From Chiloscyllium plagiosum (taxonomy: Eukaryota), in the NCBI RefSeq assembly GCF_004010195.1, contig NC_057720.1:19335717-19399716 (forward strand): 64,000 bases of DNA. The letters run 5' to 3'. A program made the translations under genes and the position numbers. The notes beneath the pieces were generated by a model. The model ran no database searches and was not told the origin of the DNA. It was given only the letters and a program-made list of their open reading frames with translations. The stretch's first letter is position 1, and each line of letters begins with the position of its first letter. This document shows positions 62,431 to 64,000 of the stretch, piece by piece.

Positions 62431-63281
62431 TGTGATCAAAGCTGCATCTATTTTTGAGATACCCAGGACTTTCTCCTCGAATTATTGCAGACTTGTGATG
62501 ACACAAATATTACATAATGGATTCCAGTGATGAGAGAACATTGCAATTAATCCAAGTCAGGAAAGTGCACAATCCCCGAGTTCCTTCAGCCCATCACTGC
62601 TGGCCTTCCTTTCAGCAGCCTAGGATCTAAACTCAGGAATTCCTTAAACCCCTCTTCCTCTCTCACAGCCTTTAAATTGGTCTTTAACCTCTATCTTTTT
62701 GACCTAGCTTTTGGTCATCTATCCCAGTATCCCATGTGGCTTAATATCCCATTGTCTATTACATTAGACAAAACCTTGAGGAGGTTTATGATGTAAGGAA
62801 GCTATATAAATTCAAACTTTTGATGGTGTGTGATGTGAAAAGGTATTTGCCAGTGATAATGTTCCCATGCTGTCTTTCTTCTGGTTGGCTCAATTTGCAG
62901 TTGCATGTAGGTTTTGTGTTGAAATGACCTCAATGAGTTGCATCTTGTAGTTGGTACACAATGCAGTCATGGTGGTACTAACCAAGTTCAGCACTAAAAA
63001 CACACAGTAACATAGAAAATAACTGCAGGAGTAGACCATTCGGCCCTTTGAGCCTGTACTATCATTCAATATGACCTTGGCAGCAATCTCTGGAATCCAT
63101 TCCCGCTTTCTCCCCATACCCCTTGATTCCTTTAGCCATAAGGGGTGCCCCTGAACAGCCCTAGTTTCTAATGGAGAGAGATACTGTGAAATATGACTTA
63201 TTAATTTACTTACTAGCCCATAGCAACAAACGGGCTGCAGTTCAGCTCAAGTTGGTAGCGAAATGAATTTTTTTTTAAAGG

Positions 63282-63545
63282 ATCCCTTCAGTATGGAAGC
63301 AGGCCATTTGGTCCATCAAGTCCACATCAACCCTCTGAAGAGCATCCCACCCCCTACCCTATAACCTGCTTTTCTATAGCTAACCCACCTAGCCTGCACA
63401 TCCCTGGACACTAGTGGCAATTTGGTATGGCCAATCTACCTAACCTGCACATTCTTTGGACTGTGGGAGGAAACCCACACAGACAGAGGCTGGAATCAAA
63501 GCCAGGTTCCCTGGCACCATGTGGCAGTAGTACTAACCACTGAGC
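63282..63545 (-). mobile_element. HE1-type V-SINE (diverged, internally deleted)
   Basis: Antisense V-core and tactaaccactgagc. Confidence 0.8.
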
Positions 63546-64000
63546 AGTGAGATCACTATGAAACTGCAACTTCACTTTGTTGCTACAGAAATATTCTGCA
63601 GCTGGTGGTGGAGCCAATTAAACAGAGTTTTACTCTGAACTCATCAAATTTCAGCATCAATGCTGTGTTCTGAAACTGTTCTAATTCCAAAGAGTAATAC
63701 TCCTCACCTTGATGAGCTGAACAAAGCATCAGGATCAATCAGCATAACATGAAGACAACTGCTCACATTGACACACTCTGTTGCTCACAATCACAGGCTC
63801 GCAGCTATTGAAGTCACTGTCATACATGAACAGAACACAGATAAATACACTGAGGCCCTCTGTAATATCAATATCAACAGCTGGAGTAGCTGGAAGCAAG
63901 ATGGTTTTACTATTTCAATAATCCCTTCCATTCTGCAGGAGGGATTAATGGGTCTTTGTTTTGGTCATAACACTACAGCAGTCGGAAAAAGTGCACAATT

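Overview
Eukaryotic, repeat-dense vertebrate DNA, almost certainly from an elasmobranch (shark). The repeat set includes HE1-type V-SINEs, HER1/CR1 LINEs, Deu-domain SINEs and many Penelope-like elements (PLEs). The window holds the 5' part of BCAR3 on the minus strand: the first coding exon (37263-37587), a 40-nt micro-exon that the ORF track misses (9504-9543), and a likely non-coding first exon/promoter near 43787-44260. The rest is intron or flank filled with retroelements, plus five N-gaps. The most striking non-genic signal is a PLE system. About six PLE families each carry a minimal type-I hammerhead-ribozyme motif with co-varying stems. Many insertions are short fold-back elements that share one architecture: a ~13-17 bp target duplication, one arm with the complete 3' end, an inverted arm lacking the last ~30-40 nt, and a junction often at the ribozyme core. 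Family names come from motif recognition without database searches. TE boundaries are approximate unless a TSD is given.
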